Of a stretch of DNA of 64,000 bases, positions 8,701-16,773 are shown one piece after another. Below the pieces are notes generated by a model that was not told the DNA's origin, did not search any database, and saw nothing but the letters and a program-made list of their open reading frames with translations. This stretch comes from an uncultured virus (IMG/VR IMGVR_UViG_3300027541_000721) (lineage: Duplodnaviria; Heunggongvirae; Uroviricota; Caudoviricetes): positions 1-64,000 of the IMG/VR virus record IMGVR_UViG_3300027541_000721; one strand, 5' to 3'. The translations under genes were made by a program, and so were the position numbers. The first letter of the stretch is position 1; the number at the start of each line of letters is the position of its first letter.

Positions 8701-9963
8701 GGTGTTGTTGGATCCAGAGGTGTTGGAGAAACCAGCACTTTGTCCAAAGAAGTTGTTGTGGCATCCAGTGGTGTTGTATCGACCAGCATTACATCCAAAG
8801 AAGGTGTTGTAGGATCCAGAGGTGTTGGAGAAACCAGCAGCATTTCCAAAGAAGGTGTTGTTGGATCCAGTGGTGTTTAAGGCACCAGCACTTTGTCCAA
8901 TAAAGTTGTTGTAGGATCCAGTGGTGTTGGAGTAACCAGCAAAAGGTCCAAAGAAGTTGTTGCTGCCTCCACTGGTGTTGGAGTAACCAGCATTATATCC
9001 AAAGAAGGTGTTGTTGGATCCAGTGGTGTTGAAGAAACCAGCATTACATCCAAAGAAGGTGTTGTAGGATCCAGAGGTGTTGGAGAAACCAGCATAATAT
9101 CCAAAGAAGTTGTTGTAGTATCCAGTGGTGTTGTTTTCACCAGCACCACGTCCAAAGAAGTTGTTATGCCTTCCAGAGGTGTTTTTGTAACCAGCACCAT
9201 CTCCAAAGAAGTTGTTGTTCGATCCAGAGGTGGTGCAGTAACCAGCACATCTTCCAAAGAAGTTGTTGTTCGATCCCCAGGTGTTGTAGAAACCAGTATA
9301 TTGTCCAAAGAAGTTGTTGTTGGATCCATCGGTATTGCACTGACCAGCACAATAACCAGCAAAGAAGTTGTGTAATCCATAGCCACCAGTTCCTGCTTCT
9401 GAACTATAGATGGTTCCACAAGAACCACTTAAAGTGAATTCTCCACCTGCACTAAATGCAGATGTAGTAACTCCAGTAACAAGACCCTTTGCGTTAACAG
9501 TAATGCTTGGAATTGAAGTTGAAGAACCAAAAGTTCCTACATCAGTATTAACAGTTGCAAGAGTAGTAGTAGTATTAACTGAAGTAACATCGCCAGTTAA
9601 ATTAGGAATATTTGTTGTACTAGTAGCAGTACCAGTAAGACTTCCTACAAATCCACCTGAAGAAGTAATGATGCCACTAAAGTTTCCTGATGTTGCAGTG
9701 ATAATACCAACAGAAATATCAGGAGTTCCAGTAAGTCCTTGAGCATTAGTAGCAATACCTGCAGTAGTTGCATAGGTTGCTATTCCTGCTGAAGATGCAT
9801 AAGTTATTGCCACATATGGCAAATTAGTCCAAGAAGTTGTTCCAGTTCCTATTTTAAATTTATTAGTATCAAGCTCAAGTCCCAATTCTCCTTCTGCAAG
9901 AACTGGGTTTATATTGGTCCATTCTGTAGAAGATCCTCTTCTAAATTGAATTTGAGTTGCCAT
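5794..9963 (-). CDS. Long repeat-rich tail fibre/adhesin: Mtd-N-like N-terminus, three arrays of 17-aa repeats, C-terminal S74 intramolecular chaperone
   Basis: MATQIQFRRG...W...NPVLAEGELG.E.DT.KFKIG.G...W..LPY; repeats F(F/I)GxxAGxxNTTGxxN(N/T); SDCRDK...YGFSAQ...IPVLVNAVKEL coiled-coil end. Confidence 0.85.
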   Translation of the reverse strand: MATQIQFRRGSSTEWTNINPVLAEGELGLELDTNKFKIGTGTTSWTNLPYVAITYASSAGIATYATTAGIATNAQGLTGTPDISVGIITATSGNFSGIITSSGGFVGSLTGTATSTTNIPNLTGDVTSVNTTTTLATVNTDVGTFGSSTSIPSITVNAKGLVTGVTTSAFSAGGEFTLSGSCGTIYSSEAGTGGYGLHNFFAGYCAGQCNTDGSNNNFFGQYTGFYNTWGSNNNFFGRCAGYCTTSGSNNNFFGDGAGYKNTSGRHNNFFGRGAGENNTTGYYNNFFGYYAGFSNTSGSYNTFFGCNAGFFNTTGSNNTFFGYNAGYSNTSGGSNNFFGPFAGYSNTTGSYNNFIGQSAGALNTTGSNNTFFGNAAGFSNTSGSYNTFFGCNAGRYNTTGCHNNFFGQSAGFSNTSGSNNTFFGCNAGCSVVTGSNNLIIGSYCGTYGLTNTVVLAAGSCQRLKVNDSGLFINGSAFTGGGGGEFTLSGSCGTIHSSQAGNGGYGGSNFFAGYCAGRCNTTGSYNTFIGRAAGENNTTGTNNNFFGGWAGNQNTSGFNNNFFGPSAGCSNTIGCNNNFFGQGAGSSNTTGSYNTFIGQSAGALNTTGSNNTFFGNAAGFFNTTGCYNNFFGLSAGGFNTTGCHNNFFGQSAGFSNTSGSNNTFFGCNAGCSVVIGSNNLIIGTYTGTYGLTNTVVLAAGTCERLKVNDNGLFINGSAFSGEFTLSGSCGTIYSSEAGNGGGYGLHNFFAGYCAGQCNTDGSNNNFFGQYTGCRNTTGCHNTFIGSKAGRYNTTGFNNNFFGRCAGYCTTTGSCNNFFGESAGFRNTTGRDNNFFGISAGYCNTTGVYNTFIGRYAGYSNTTGFNNNFFGPFAGRYNTTGSNNTFIGASAGYCNTTGTNNTFIGYGAGRYNTTGSYNTFFGCYTGRCNTTGSNNTFIGRNAGRYNTTGSYNNFFGCNAGRNNTTGCHNTFIGRSAGCSNTAGANNTFFGLSAGCSNTSGNSNTFIGRYAGRCNTFGDNNNFFGNSAGFSNTTGINNNFFGPFAGSSNTTGNFNNFFGESAGRCNTLGVANTFIGRCAGFSNTTGSNNTFIGSSAGRYNTTGRYNTFIGNSAGYCNTTGCHNNFFGQSAGFSNTSGSNNTFFGCNAGRFNTSGCNNNFFGSSAGYCNANGSCNNFFGESAGFRNTTGCYNTFIGRYAGYSNTTGSNNNFFGFNAGCCNTTGCYNNFFGTAAGRNNTTGSNNIFFGCSSGVGVGGLCNVTTQNNHIIMGNNAHTNALIQVAWTVVSDCRDKCIFGPVPHGRGFLQNITPIEYAFKNRETGELKDDEGKRRYGFSAQNVLEAEGENPVIVDSKDPENLKLTSDHMIPVLVNAVKELSEEVDILKTRLDLLENS
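6230..9372 (-). repeat. Coding tandem 51-nt repeat in three arrays (about 14, 10 and 30 units) separated by two near-identical linkers
   Basis: Plus-strand unit approximately TCCAAAGAAG(T/G)TGTT..(GGA)TCCAGTGGTGTT......ACCAGC; linkers at about 7735-7945 and 8445-8670 are near-identical. Confidence 0.95.
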
Positions 9964-9968
9964 TATTT

Positions 9969-10823
9969 TTAAACTCCTCCTCCGTTTATTGAAGTAATGC
10001 CACCATATACCGAACTTGGAACACCACCATCAAGATTTATATAAGGATCTATTAAAATATTTGCCACAGATGACGATGAAGAAGAAACAGATACTCCAGT
10101 ACCAACAAAATTAATAGTAGTAAATCCTAATCCAACCAATACATAATTATCACGAATTGCTATTCCATTAAAACTATTTATTAAACCACCAGGTCCATAA
10201 AAAGAAGAAGCAGTAACTGATCCAGTGACATTAGTATTTCCATTAACAATCAGAGCAGTAGATCCAGATCCAACAATAATGCTACCCGACTGTGCTCCAT
10301 AACCTAATGTAGAAATTCCACTTACATTTAAATTATTAAAATTATTTGGAGCAATTTCAATCGCAGACTCAATCGTTGCTAATGTAGTAGAATCTAAAGA
10401 AGTAATATTTTTGAGTTGGAAATTACTACTAATAACTTCAGTAGATCCAATACTTAAACTTCCTAGGGTTCCAATTCCCAGATAACTTAAATTTGTACCA
10501 GATAGATTAGTAACAATTCCAATGTTACCATTTAAAGAAGTAAATCTACCTGTACTATAAGTTAATGTAGTTCCACTAATAGATGATACATCTGCACTCG
10601 AAGTAACAGTTAAATTAGATACAGATGCAATCCCACCAATTACATTAGTTGCAGTGGTTATAGTACCAACAATTGTCGGTACTGTTAAAGTTCCAGTAAA
10701 AAACCCATCCCCAACGACATGTAATTCTACCGTTGGAGATGAAGTTTTAATACCTATTTTGTCTACATCAATGACCATTCTCTGGTCATTGATGATTGGT
10801 AAACCTAGTATTTCTAGTGCCAT
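9969..10823 (-). CDS. Virion/fibre-associated structural protein, paralogous in part to 10883..12718
   Basis: Shares the N-terminus (LG.P.I.D.R) and the ..L.NI...D.TT.AT.E.A..I.PNNF....VSGIST module with the neighbouring fibre. Confidence 0.65.
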   Translation of the reverse strand: MALEILGLPIINDQRMVIDVDKIGIKTSSPTVELHVVGDGFFTGTLTVPTIVGTITTATNVIGGIASVSNLTVTSSADVSSISGTTLTYSTGRFTSLNGNIGIVTNLSGTNLSYLGIGTLGSLSIGSTEVISSNFQLKNITSLDSTTLATIESAIEIAPNNFNNLNVSGISTLGYGAQSGSIIVGSGSTALIVNGNTNVTGSVTASSFYGPGGLINSFNGIAIRDNYVLVGLGFTTINFVGTGVSVSSSSSSVANILIDPYINLDGGVPSSVYGGITSINGGGV

Positions 10824-10834
10824 TTATTTCCCAC

Positions 10835-10879
10835 TAGACAGTGTGCTACTACTATTTAGCAGTAGCACACATTCGTCTA
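10835..10879 (-). promoter_or_regulatory. Long inverted repeat with late promoter CTAAATA in its loop
   Basis: TAGAC..GTGTGCTACT-GCTAAATAGT-AGTAGCACAC.GTCTA, immediately 5' of the GGGA SD of 9969..10823. Confidence 0.65.
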
Positions 10880-10882
10880 TTA

Positions 10883-12718
10883 TCAACCTAGTTTTGCTTT
10901 CAGTTCAGCAACTTCTGCAGAAAGTTCCTTAACAGATTCGATAAGAAGACCAATCAGACCGTTATAGTTAACAGTCTTAGTTTCCCCATCACTTACCAGT
11001 TCAGGAAGAACTACTTCTACGTCTTGTGCAATAACACCACCAGATGATTCACCATTCTCTTTCCATGTGAAGGTTACACCGTTAATTTGTGCAACTTTAG
11101 CAAGAGGTTCTGCAATAACAGTGATATTATCCTTGAGTCTTCTATCAGAAGTTGAGTTGAAGTCTCCTGCAGTTATGATTCCAGTAACACTAACGTCACT
11201 GTTAACAGTAACTTGCTGACTAAATGTTGCAATTCCTGCAACGGCCAACCAACCACCAACGTTCAGGTTCTTCTCAATTCCTACACCACCCTCAACAACA
11301 AGAGCACCAGTGTCTTTATCAGTTGACTGAGTAGTAGTACTGATTCCGACTTCCTTAACAAAAGTTGAAATTCCAGAAACTGTGATATCATCAAAGTTAT
11401 TTGGTGATATCTGCAGTGCTGCTTCCAGAGTTGCCTTGGTTGTTGCGTCAATGGTAGCAATATTTTGAAGTTCCTTAGTAGAACTTACAATCTGACTTCC
11501 AGCAATACTTAAGGAATTAGCAGATACAGATCCAGTAATTCTTGCGTTACCTTGTACATTGAGAGTCTCAGTGAGGGAAGTAGTATTGATACCCAATCTA
11601 TTAGTAGATGGATTAAATCTAATTCCTTCATCAACTCTTAAAGTTTCAGACAGAGTTGAAGATGAATTCTCTACAAATGAGAGGTAGTATGAAGCATCTG
11701 TAGAAGTTGCAGTTGTGTCAATTAAAGTAGCACGAGTTGCAGTAGATGCTGTACCAGTAACTGTACCACTAAAAGAACCAGAGAATGTGGTAGCAGTGAT
11801 AACACCAGTAGAATAAATATTACCGGAATTTACAATACCAAGAGTAGTAACACCACTTACATTCAGATTTGTAGCATTAACAGTAACTGCAGTTACAATA
11901 CCAGTTGAATTGACATTACCAACATCAAGTTTGCCAAGAGTGCCAACAGATGTCAGTGAAGAATTAACAACTCCTGATCCAAGAGTAGTTGCAGAAAGTA
12001 CGGAAGTTCCGTTAATTTCATAAGATTTTCCAGTTGCAAGACTTAAATTCTCACTTGAAGTCCAAGCATCAGTTGTATCAGACCAAGTAAATGTCTTATC
12101 AGTTGTACCGTATAGTAAAAGACCACCACCATCGGCAGTAATATCAGATGGAGAACTGGTAGATCCAATACCAATTACTTTGTCTGCAATGTCTACCTGA
12201 GTAGAATTAACGATAGTTTGAGTACCATCAACAATCAGGTCACCCTTAATTCTAACTGCACCAGTATTGTCACCAACTGCTGAAGGATCAAGATAGAGTA
12301 CAGATGGACCACTAATGGTATTAGAGTTAACTCTAATTGCAGATCCTGAAGCACCAGTGTGGAATTCAGTAGCAGTTACTATACCTGTACTGTTTAAACT
12401 GGTTGCAGTAATATTTCCTGCACTTAATGTTCCTACTGTGGATAGTCCAGAAACATTAAGTTGAGTGACATCTGCTCTACCACCGATTACATTAGTAGCA
12501 GTAGTAGCAGCTGCCACTGCTGCGTTAATTTGAATGCCGTCTAAATTCAGATATCTACCATCACCATAATAGGTAACAACACCAGTAGTTGCGGTAACAA
12601 TACCTGATGCTACTTTCAGGGTCCCTAAGGTGGAAACCCCTGCTACGTTCAGATTCTGAATGTTTAAAATATTCCTGCTATCATCAATAACAGGCGTCCC
12701 TAAAACCTTATATGCCAT
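10883..12718 (-). CDS. Tail fibre protein with C-terminal S74 chaperone domain
   Basis: GALVVEGGVGIEKNLNVGG shaft motif; TSDRRLKDNI...INGVTFTWK...GVIAQDVE..LPELV...VNYNGLIGLLIESVKEL. Confidence 0.85.
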   Translation of the reverse strand: MAYKVLGTPVIDDSRNILNIQNLNVAGVSTLGTLKVASGIVTATTGVVTYYGDGRYLNLDGIQINAAVAAATTATNVIGGRADVTQLNVSGLSTVGTLSAGNITATSLNSTGIVTATEFHTGASGSAIRVNSNTISGPSVLYLDPSAVGDNTGAVRIKGDLIVDGTQTIVNSTQVDIADKVIGIGSTSSPSDITADGGGLLLYGTTDKTFTWSDTTDAWTSSENLSLATGKSYEINGTSVLSATTLGSGVVNSSLTSVGTLGKLDVGNVNSTGIVTAVTVNATNLNVSGVTTLGIVNSGNIYSTGVITATTFSGSFSGTVTGTASTATRATLIDTTATSTDASYYLSFVENSSSTLSETLRVDEGIRFNPSTNRLGINTTSLTETLNVQGNARITGSVSANSLSIAGSQIVSSTKELQNIATIDATTKATLEAALQISPNNFDDITVSGISTFVKEVGISTTTQSTDKDTGALVVEGGVGIEKNLNVGGWLAVAGIATFSQQVTVNSDVSVTGIITAGDFNSTSDRRLKDNITVIAEPLAKVAQINGVTFTWKENGESSGGVIAQDVEVVLPELVSDGETKTVNYNGLIGLLIESVKELSAEVAELKAKLG

Positions 12719-12745
12719 GGAAATTTTTATGTATATTTCTTTTTA

Positions 12746-12753
12746 TATTTATA
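12746..12753 (-). promoter_or_regulatory. T4-type late promoter TATAAATA
   Basis: Exact consensus 27 nt upstream of the ATG at 12718. Confidence 0.8.
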
Positions 12754-12762
12754 ATTATAATT

Positions 12763-14856
12763 TTAAATTGCCGAAATTGAAATCCCTTCAAAACTAACCC
12801 CAGAAATAGTAGTAGTACTATCAAATGCATAGGGATTAAAAAGTACTCTACTCGTAGAACCTCTTAAATTACCATTACCTCTAAGGTTGTATGAGTCACC
12901 AGCAGAATCAGGATAATCCGTTAGTGCATTATAAGTCTGTGACCAATAACCAACTTCATTTGGATCAGGATATGGATCTGACATGTTTATGTCTCTACTT
13001 CCATATAATTCTAACCAATCGTGAACATCACTTTGACTTGCACTTCTATTTTGTTGCAGATACAATGCTATAACTGAGCAAGCATTTGGACCAGCTGAAC
13101 TTGTTCCATTGAACCAAGTATCATAAAAACTTGTATTATCTTGTCTTACAAAATCTTCATAAGTAGAAGTATAACCAGCAGCCATAGTCATTTCTGCAGG
13201 TGCCCAAACATTAATCATTGGACCATTTGCAGAATAACAAACTTTTCTGACAGAATAAGGAGCAGATCCTTGTCTAGAACCTACAGGTTCTACACCACAA
13301 TCTAAAGCACCAACTCGAATTGTTCCTTGCTTTCGAGTCTCAACATTTGCACCACCTTTTTGAACTCCACCAACTCGATTAATATAATTAGTACTAGTGG
13401 AATACCAATTATTATAATCTATATCATTAACATCCGAAAGTTTTTGATTGGTATTTCCAGCAGAAGAAACTACTATACATCCTGCAGCAATTGCATTTTC
13501 TGCTCCAGCATTATCAGCACCAGCAGGTGAAAGAGGAGAATACTGTCCAGTTCCAGAATAAGCAGTAGTGCTAGTAGTAACTCCCGTGTTATAAGTAAAA
13601 TACTTATGATTCCTACATGCTCCAGAGTTTGCTGGTGGATTTAATAGACTCGCATTTCCTACATAAGTTAATGTAGAACCCCTATATCCATGAGTATAAG
13701 TAGTGCCACTATTATTACCTGTAGATGAAGTCCACCCATAACTATTATTAATTAATGTTGGATCTGGATCTCCATTTTGAGATATTTTTTTTGCATTGTG
13801 GAACATAGCACAAATATTTAATGCTATCGATGCATCAATAATTCCCCCAACACCACCTAAAGCAATTCTGAATCCCCATACATTACATTCATATGCCAAT
13901 CCAAAAGATTTTCCTCCAATTTGAGAAGCACATGCAGTTCCATGCCCATCTACAAGTTGATTTCCATTGGAATTTGGTGTTTTAGTTGAAGTATGAGCTA
14001 AAGTATATAAAGAACTAAATGTGGCATACCCAATACCACTAAATTGTGGAGATCTATTGGATGGATTTGACCACCAACTATGTGCAGCAGTAGTTGCAAT
14101 TCCAACTCCCAAATTTACTCCATCTACGATTTTTGTATAAGTTAATCCTCTAGAATTAAAATATTCAGGATCTACTTTGTAAGGACCATCTAATATAACA
14201 TCTTTAACTCTAGTAGATCCATCAGCATTTCTAAATTCTGGATGTAAAGGAGTTACACCAGAATCTATAATTACACAATCAACATTAGCACCAGTAACTG
14301 TATAGTCTATGTCAGTGTCTACTCGTGTTGTAGATGCAATACCAACACCACGAAAAGGTTCACTGGAAGGATTATTTACAAAAAGATGTCCCCAATTTGA
14401 TCTTACACCATTTGTATGAGTTACTGTATGAAATCTATTTGTTGCCATGAAGGGGGCAGCAGTAAATCCTGGTTTATTAAAAGCTACATCTTTACCATAC
14501 CTTCTTAATACAAAAAGTGATTTAGGTTGAGGATATATGGATGGATCTAAAACTACACTTTCAACTTTAGGATGAGTCCTGAGGATTTCAGCCTCTTCAG
14601 GACTCATAGTATAAACAGAGGTTCTCAATGAATATTCTTCAATATTTTCACATTCAATTTTTCGATTAGGAATACCATCAATTTCATTTTCATTCACAAT
14701 GTAATTATGAATTTCTTCCCAATCATTCTCATCCTTAACTATTACTTTATATGAATCAATTTCATTTGGAGTATATTCTATTGGAACAGTATCTGGAGAA
14801 ATCTCTATGATACGTTCACGTTCTAATTGGTTTTCACTAAGAGATATATTTTGCAT
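12763..14856 (-). CDS. Subtilisin-like S8 serine peptidase with an N-terminal propeptide-like region
   Basis: Triad motifs IIDSG, DGHGTACAS, FNGTSSAGP; oxyanion motif SAGN; INNSYG. Confidence 0.88.
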   Translation of the reverse strand: MQNISLSENQLERERIIEISPDTVPIEYTPNEIDSYKVIVKDENDWEEIHNYIVNENEIDGIPNRKIECENIEEYSLRTSVYTMSPEEAEILRTHPKVESVVLDPSIYPQPKSLFVLRRYGKDVAFNKPGFTAAPFMATNRFHTVTHTNGVRSNWGHLFVNNPSSEPFRGVGIASTTRVDTDIDYTVTGANVDCVIIDSGVTPLHPEFRNADGSTRVKDVILDGPYKVDPEYFNSRGLTYTKIVDGVNLGVGIATTAAHSWWSNPSNRSPQFSGIGYATFSSLYTLAHTSTKTPNSNGNQLVDGHGTACASQIGGKSFGLAYECNVWGFRIALGGVGGIIDASIALNICAMFHNAKKISQNGDPDPTLINNSYGWTSSTGNNSGTTYTHGYRGSTLTYVGNASLLNPPANSGACRNHKYFTYNTGVTTSTTAYSGTGQYSPLSPAGADNAGAENAIAAGCIVVSSAGNTNQKLSDVNDIDYNNWYSTSTNYINRVGGVQKGGANVETRKQGTIRVGALDCGVEPVGSRQGSAPYSVRKVCYSANGPMINVWAPAEMTMAAGYTSTYEDFVRQDNTSFYDTWFNGTSSAGPNACSVIALYLQQNRSASQSDVHDWLELYGSRDINMSDPYPDPNEVGYWSQTYNALTDYPDSAGDSYNLRGNGNLRGSTSRVLFNPYAFDSTTTISGVSFEGISISAI

Positions 14857-14876
14857 TTATTGAGTACTAATAAAAA

Positions 14877-16742
14877 TTATAGTTGACGAGAACTATTTGG
14901 TTTTAATTGTGCAACTTCAGATTCAGAAATTTCGGAAATAGTTGGATCATCATCTGTTTTTTCAGGTTCTATAATGACTTTTCCATTTTCATCTGTCCAA
15001 TCTGTATCAATCATATGTTTATCTTTTCTTTCTCCAATAACAATCCATGAAATGTTATCTATAGAATTTGGATTCTGACATTCAATAGTTAAAATATTTC
15101 CATTTACTGCACCTCTCACTTGATCCCATCCACTTTCATTTGTAGTAAAGCACTGAACATCTCTACATAAAGCCGAGAAAGTTCCTTCAGTCATTCCAGA
15201 AACTTCATCAATATTTACAGAAGCAGTTCCATTTACAAGATTAACTTTCCCCCTGTAAATAAGATCAGCTTTAGGTCCTTCTATAAATGAATGAACCAAA
15301 TAATGTGTATCCTTCTTATCCTCTAATGGGTGATCAATTTTAAATGATCCTGATCCTTTTGATAAAGCTCCAGTTACGTACAAACTATCCCATATAGTGG
15401 TACTAAAAGAACCTCCAGCGGAAACTTTTGCTTGGAAATGTCCATAAAAAGAACCATTTCTTCTCAAATACATTGTATTAGTAGAAACCCCGGCAAGAGA
15501 TATTCCAGTACTATCAGATGCTTGCATCCAAGAGTCTCCACCATACATTATAATATTCTGATCTGTAAGTATAGCCATTACAGATCTATTAGTAGAAACT
15601 CCAGTAGTAGTTTCAAAAGTTGTTATAATTGCCTCACTTTCATTAACTTTAAATACTAAATCAAGGGCATTTCCAAAAGTATCTGGAGTTGTAGGATAAA
15701 TTGCAAGTCTATTTGTTCCAGATTTATCAGTTATGTAGAACAAAGTTTCATAATCTGTTCCAGGTGTTAGAAAATCAAATATAGAAATACCAGGTGTTGA
15801 TATTTGAGGAAGTACTGTAGATCCAATTCCAACGGTCAGTAATTCATTTTGTTTACTATAACGGTACCAATCACCAACGGTTACACCAGATGAAGGAATT
15901 TTAATTTGATTTCCTGCATCAGAATAAACAACACTTGAAACATCATAATAAAGAACACTAGGAGTATCTTCAGTTATTAAAATTTCAGTGTATTTTGGAA
16001 TATTAGATACTGTAACACCATTAGTATATTCTTCTGTTCTTGCTTCATCGATATAGAATTTTATTCTACCTAATGAAAAAGCACTGCTATCAGATTCATT
16101 AAAACGATAGGTTTTTCCTGGTAAAAATGTTAAATATGGAGCCTCTACACCATCAAAAACATATGATTTATTTTTTCCTACTCCAGATGGATATCTATGG
16201 TTACTAGTTTTATTAGCTACAGTAACTATAATTTCTATCGGATTTCCATTATTAACAGAATGAGGCTCTGCATAATATCCACCACTTAAAGGTCCAGAAC
16301 TTATAATTCTACTGGAAGAAACATTAGTTGCAGTAAGAATTCCAGTAAAGTTTGCATCACCAGAAGAATTAACTAATTCATTAGATCCTACACTAATTCT
16401 ACCAGCATCTGCATCTATACTAAGTTGAGAACCAATATTAATTTGATTACTCGTTGGATCTAAAGTAATAGTAGCAGTACCAATTGAAAGAATTCCAGTG
16501 ATTCTAGCATTACCATTTACAAGTAAATCAGTTCCTGCTGTACCAATTACAACATTCCCTACAGTGACTATTCCAACTACGTTTGATAGATCAGATTTTG
16601 CTAATTCATGTCCACCAGCATTTACACCATCATGAACACGAAGAGAATTATTGTCAGTATTTACTGAAATTTCCCCAGAACCACCTGTAAAATTGTTATT
16701 CTGGGATTCATCCCCTCTTCTAAATTGTACTTGTGTAGGCAT
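14877..16742 (-). CDS. Tail fibre/virion protein: Mtd-N-like N-terminus, C-terminal F.IDHP...L.H...EGP....YRG domain
   Basis: MPTQVQFRRG...FTG..GEI.VNTD...LRVHDG...GG; GSFKIDHPL...HYLVHSFIEGPKADLIYRG. Confidence 0.75.
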   Translation of the reverse strand: MPTQVQFRRGDESQNNNFTGGSGEISVNTDNNSLRVHDGVNAGGHELAKSDLSNVVGIVTVGNVVIGTAGTDLLVNGNARITGILSIGTATITLDPTSNQINIGSQLSIDADAGRISVGSNELVNSSGDANFTGILTATNVSSSRIISSGPLSGGYYAEPHSVNNGNPIEIIVTVANKTSNHRYPSGVGKNKSYVFDGVEAPYLTFLPGKTYRFNESDSSAFSLGRIKFYIDEARTEEYTNGVTVSNIPKYTEILITEDTPSVLYYDVSSVVYSDAGNQIKIPSSGVTVGDWYRYSKQNELLTVGIGSTVLPQISTPGISIFDFLTPGTDYETLFYITDKSGTNRLAIYPTTPDTFGNALDLVFKVNESEAIITTFETTTGVSTNRSVMAILTDQNIIMYGGDSWMQASDSTGISLAGVSTNTMYLRRNGSFYGHFQAKVSAGGSFSTTIWDSLYVTGALSKGSGSFKIDHPLEDKKDTHYLVHSFIEGPKADLIYRGKVNLVNGTASVNIDEVSGMTEGTFSALCRDVQCFTTNESGWDQVRGAVNGNILTIECQNPNSIDNISWIVIGERKDKHMIDTDWTDENGKVIIEPEKTDDDPTISEISESEVAQLKPNSSRQL

Positions 16743-16760
16743 CTTTCTTATCTTTTTAAG

Positions 16761-16767
16761 TATTTAG
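16761..16767 (-). promoter_or_regulatory. Late promoter variant CTAAATA
   Basis: Intergenic, 18 nt upstream of the ATG at 16742. Confidence 0.6.
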
Positions 16768-16773
16768 TATAAT

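Noticed and set aside
6230..9372. CRISPR-like array of regularly spaced repeats
   Set aside because: The 51-nt period is an in-frame protein repeat inside a 1389-aa ORF. The variable parts are 6-nt codon pairs, not unique spacers, and there is no leader or cas operon.
6058..9742. Many long alternative-frame and antisense ORFs overlapping the repeat fibre
   Set aside because: Shadow frames produced by a repeat unit that lacks stop codons in several frames; low-complexity translations with no RBS or promoter support.
5794..9963. Diversity-generating retroelement (Mtd-like N-terminus, many AAC codons)
   Set aside because: There is no reverse transcriptase or non-coding template repeat in the window. 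The framework AAC codons are the invariant ones, the opposite of adenine-specific mutagenesis, and Mtd-N is only a virion attachment domain. An RT elsewhere in the genome cannot be excluded.
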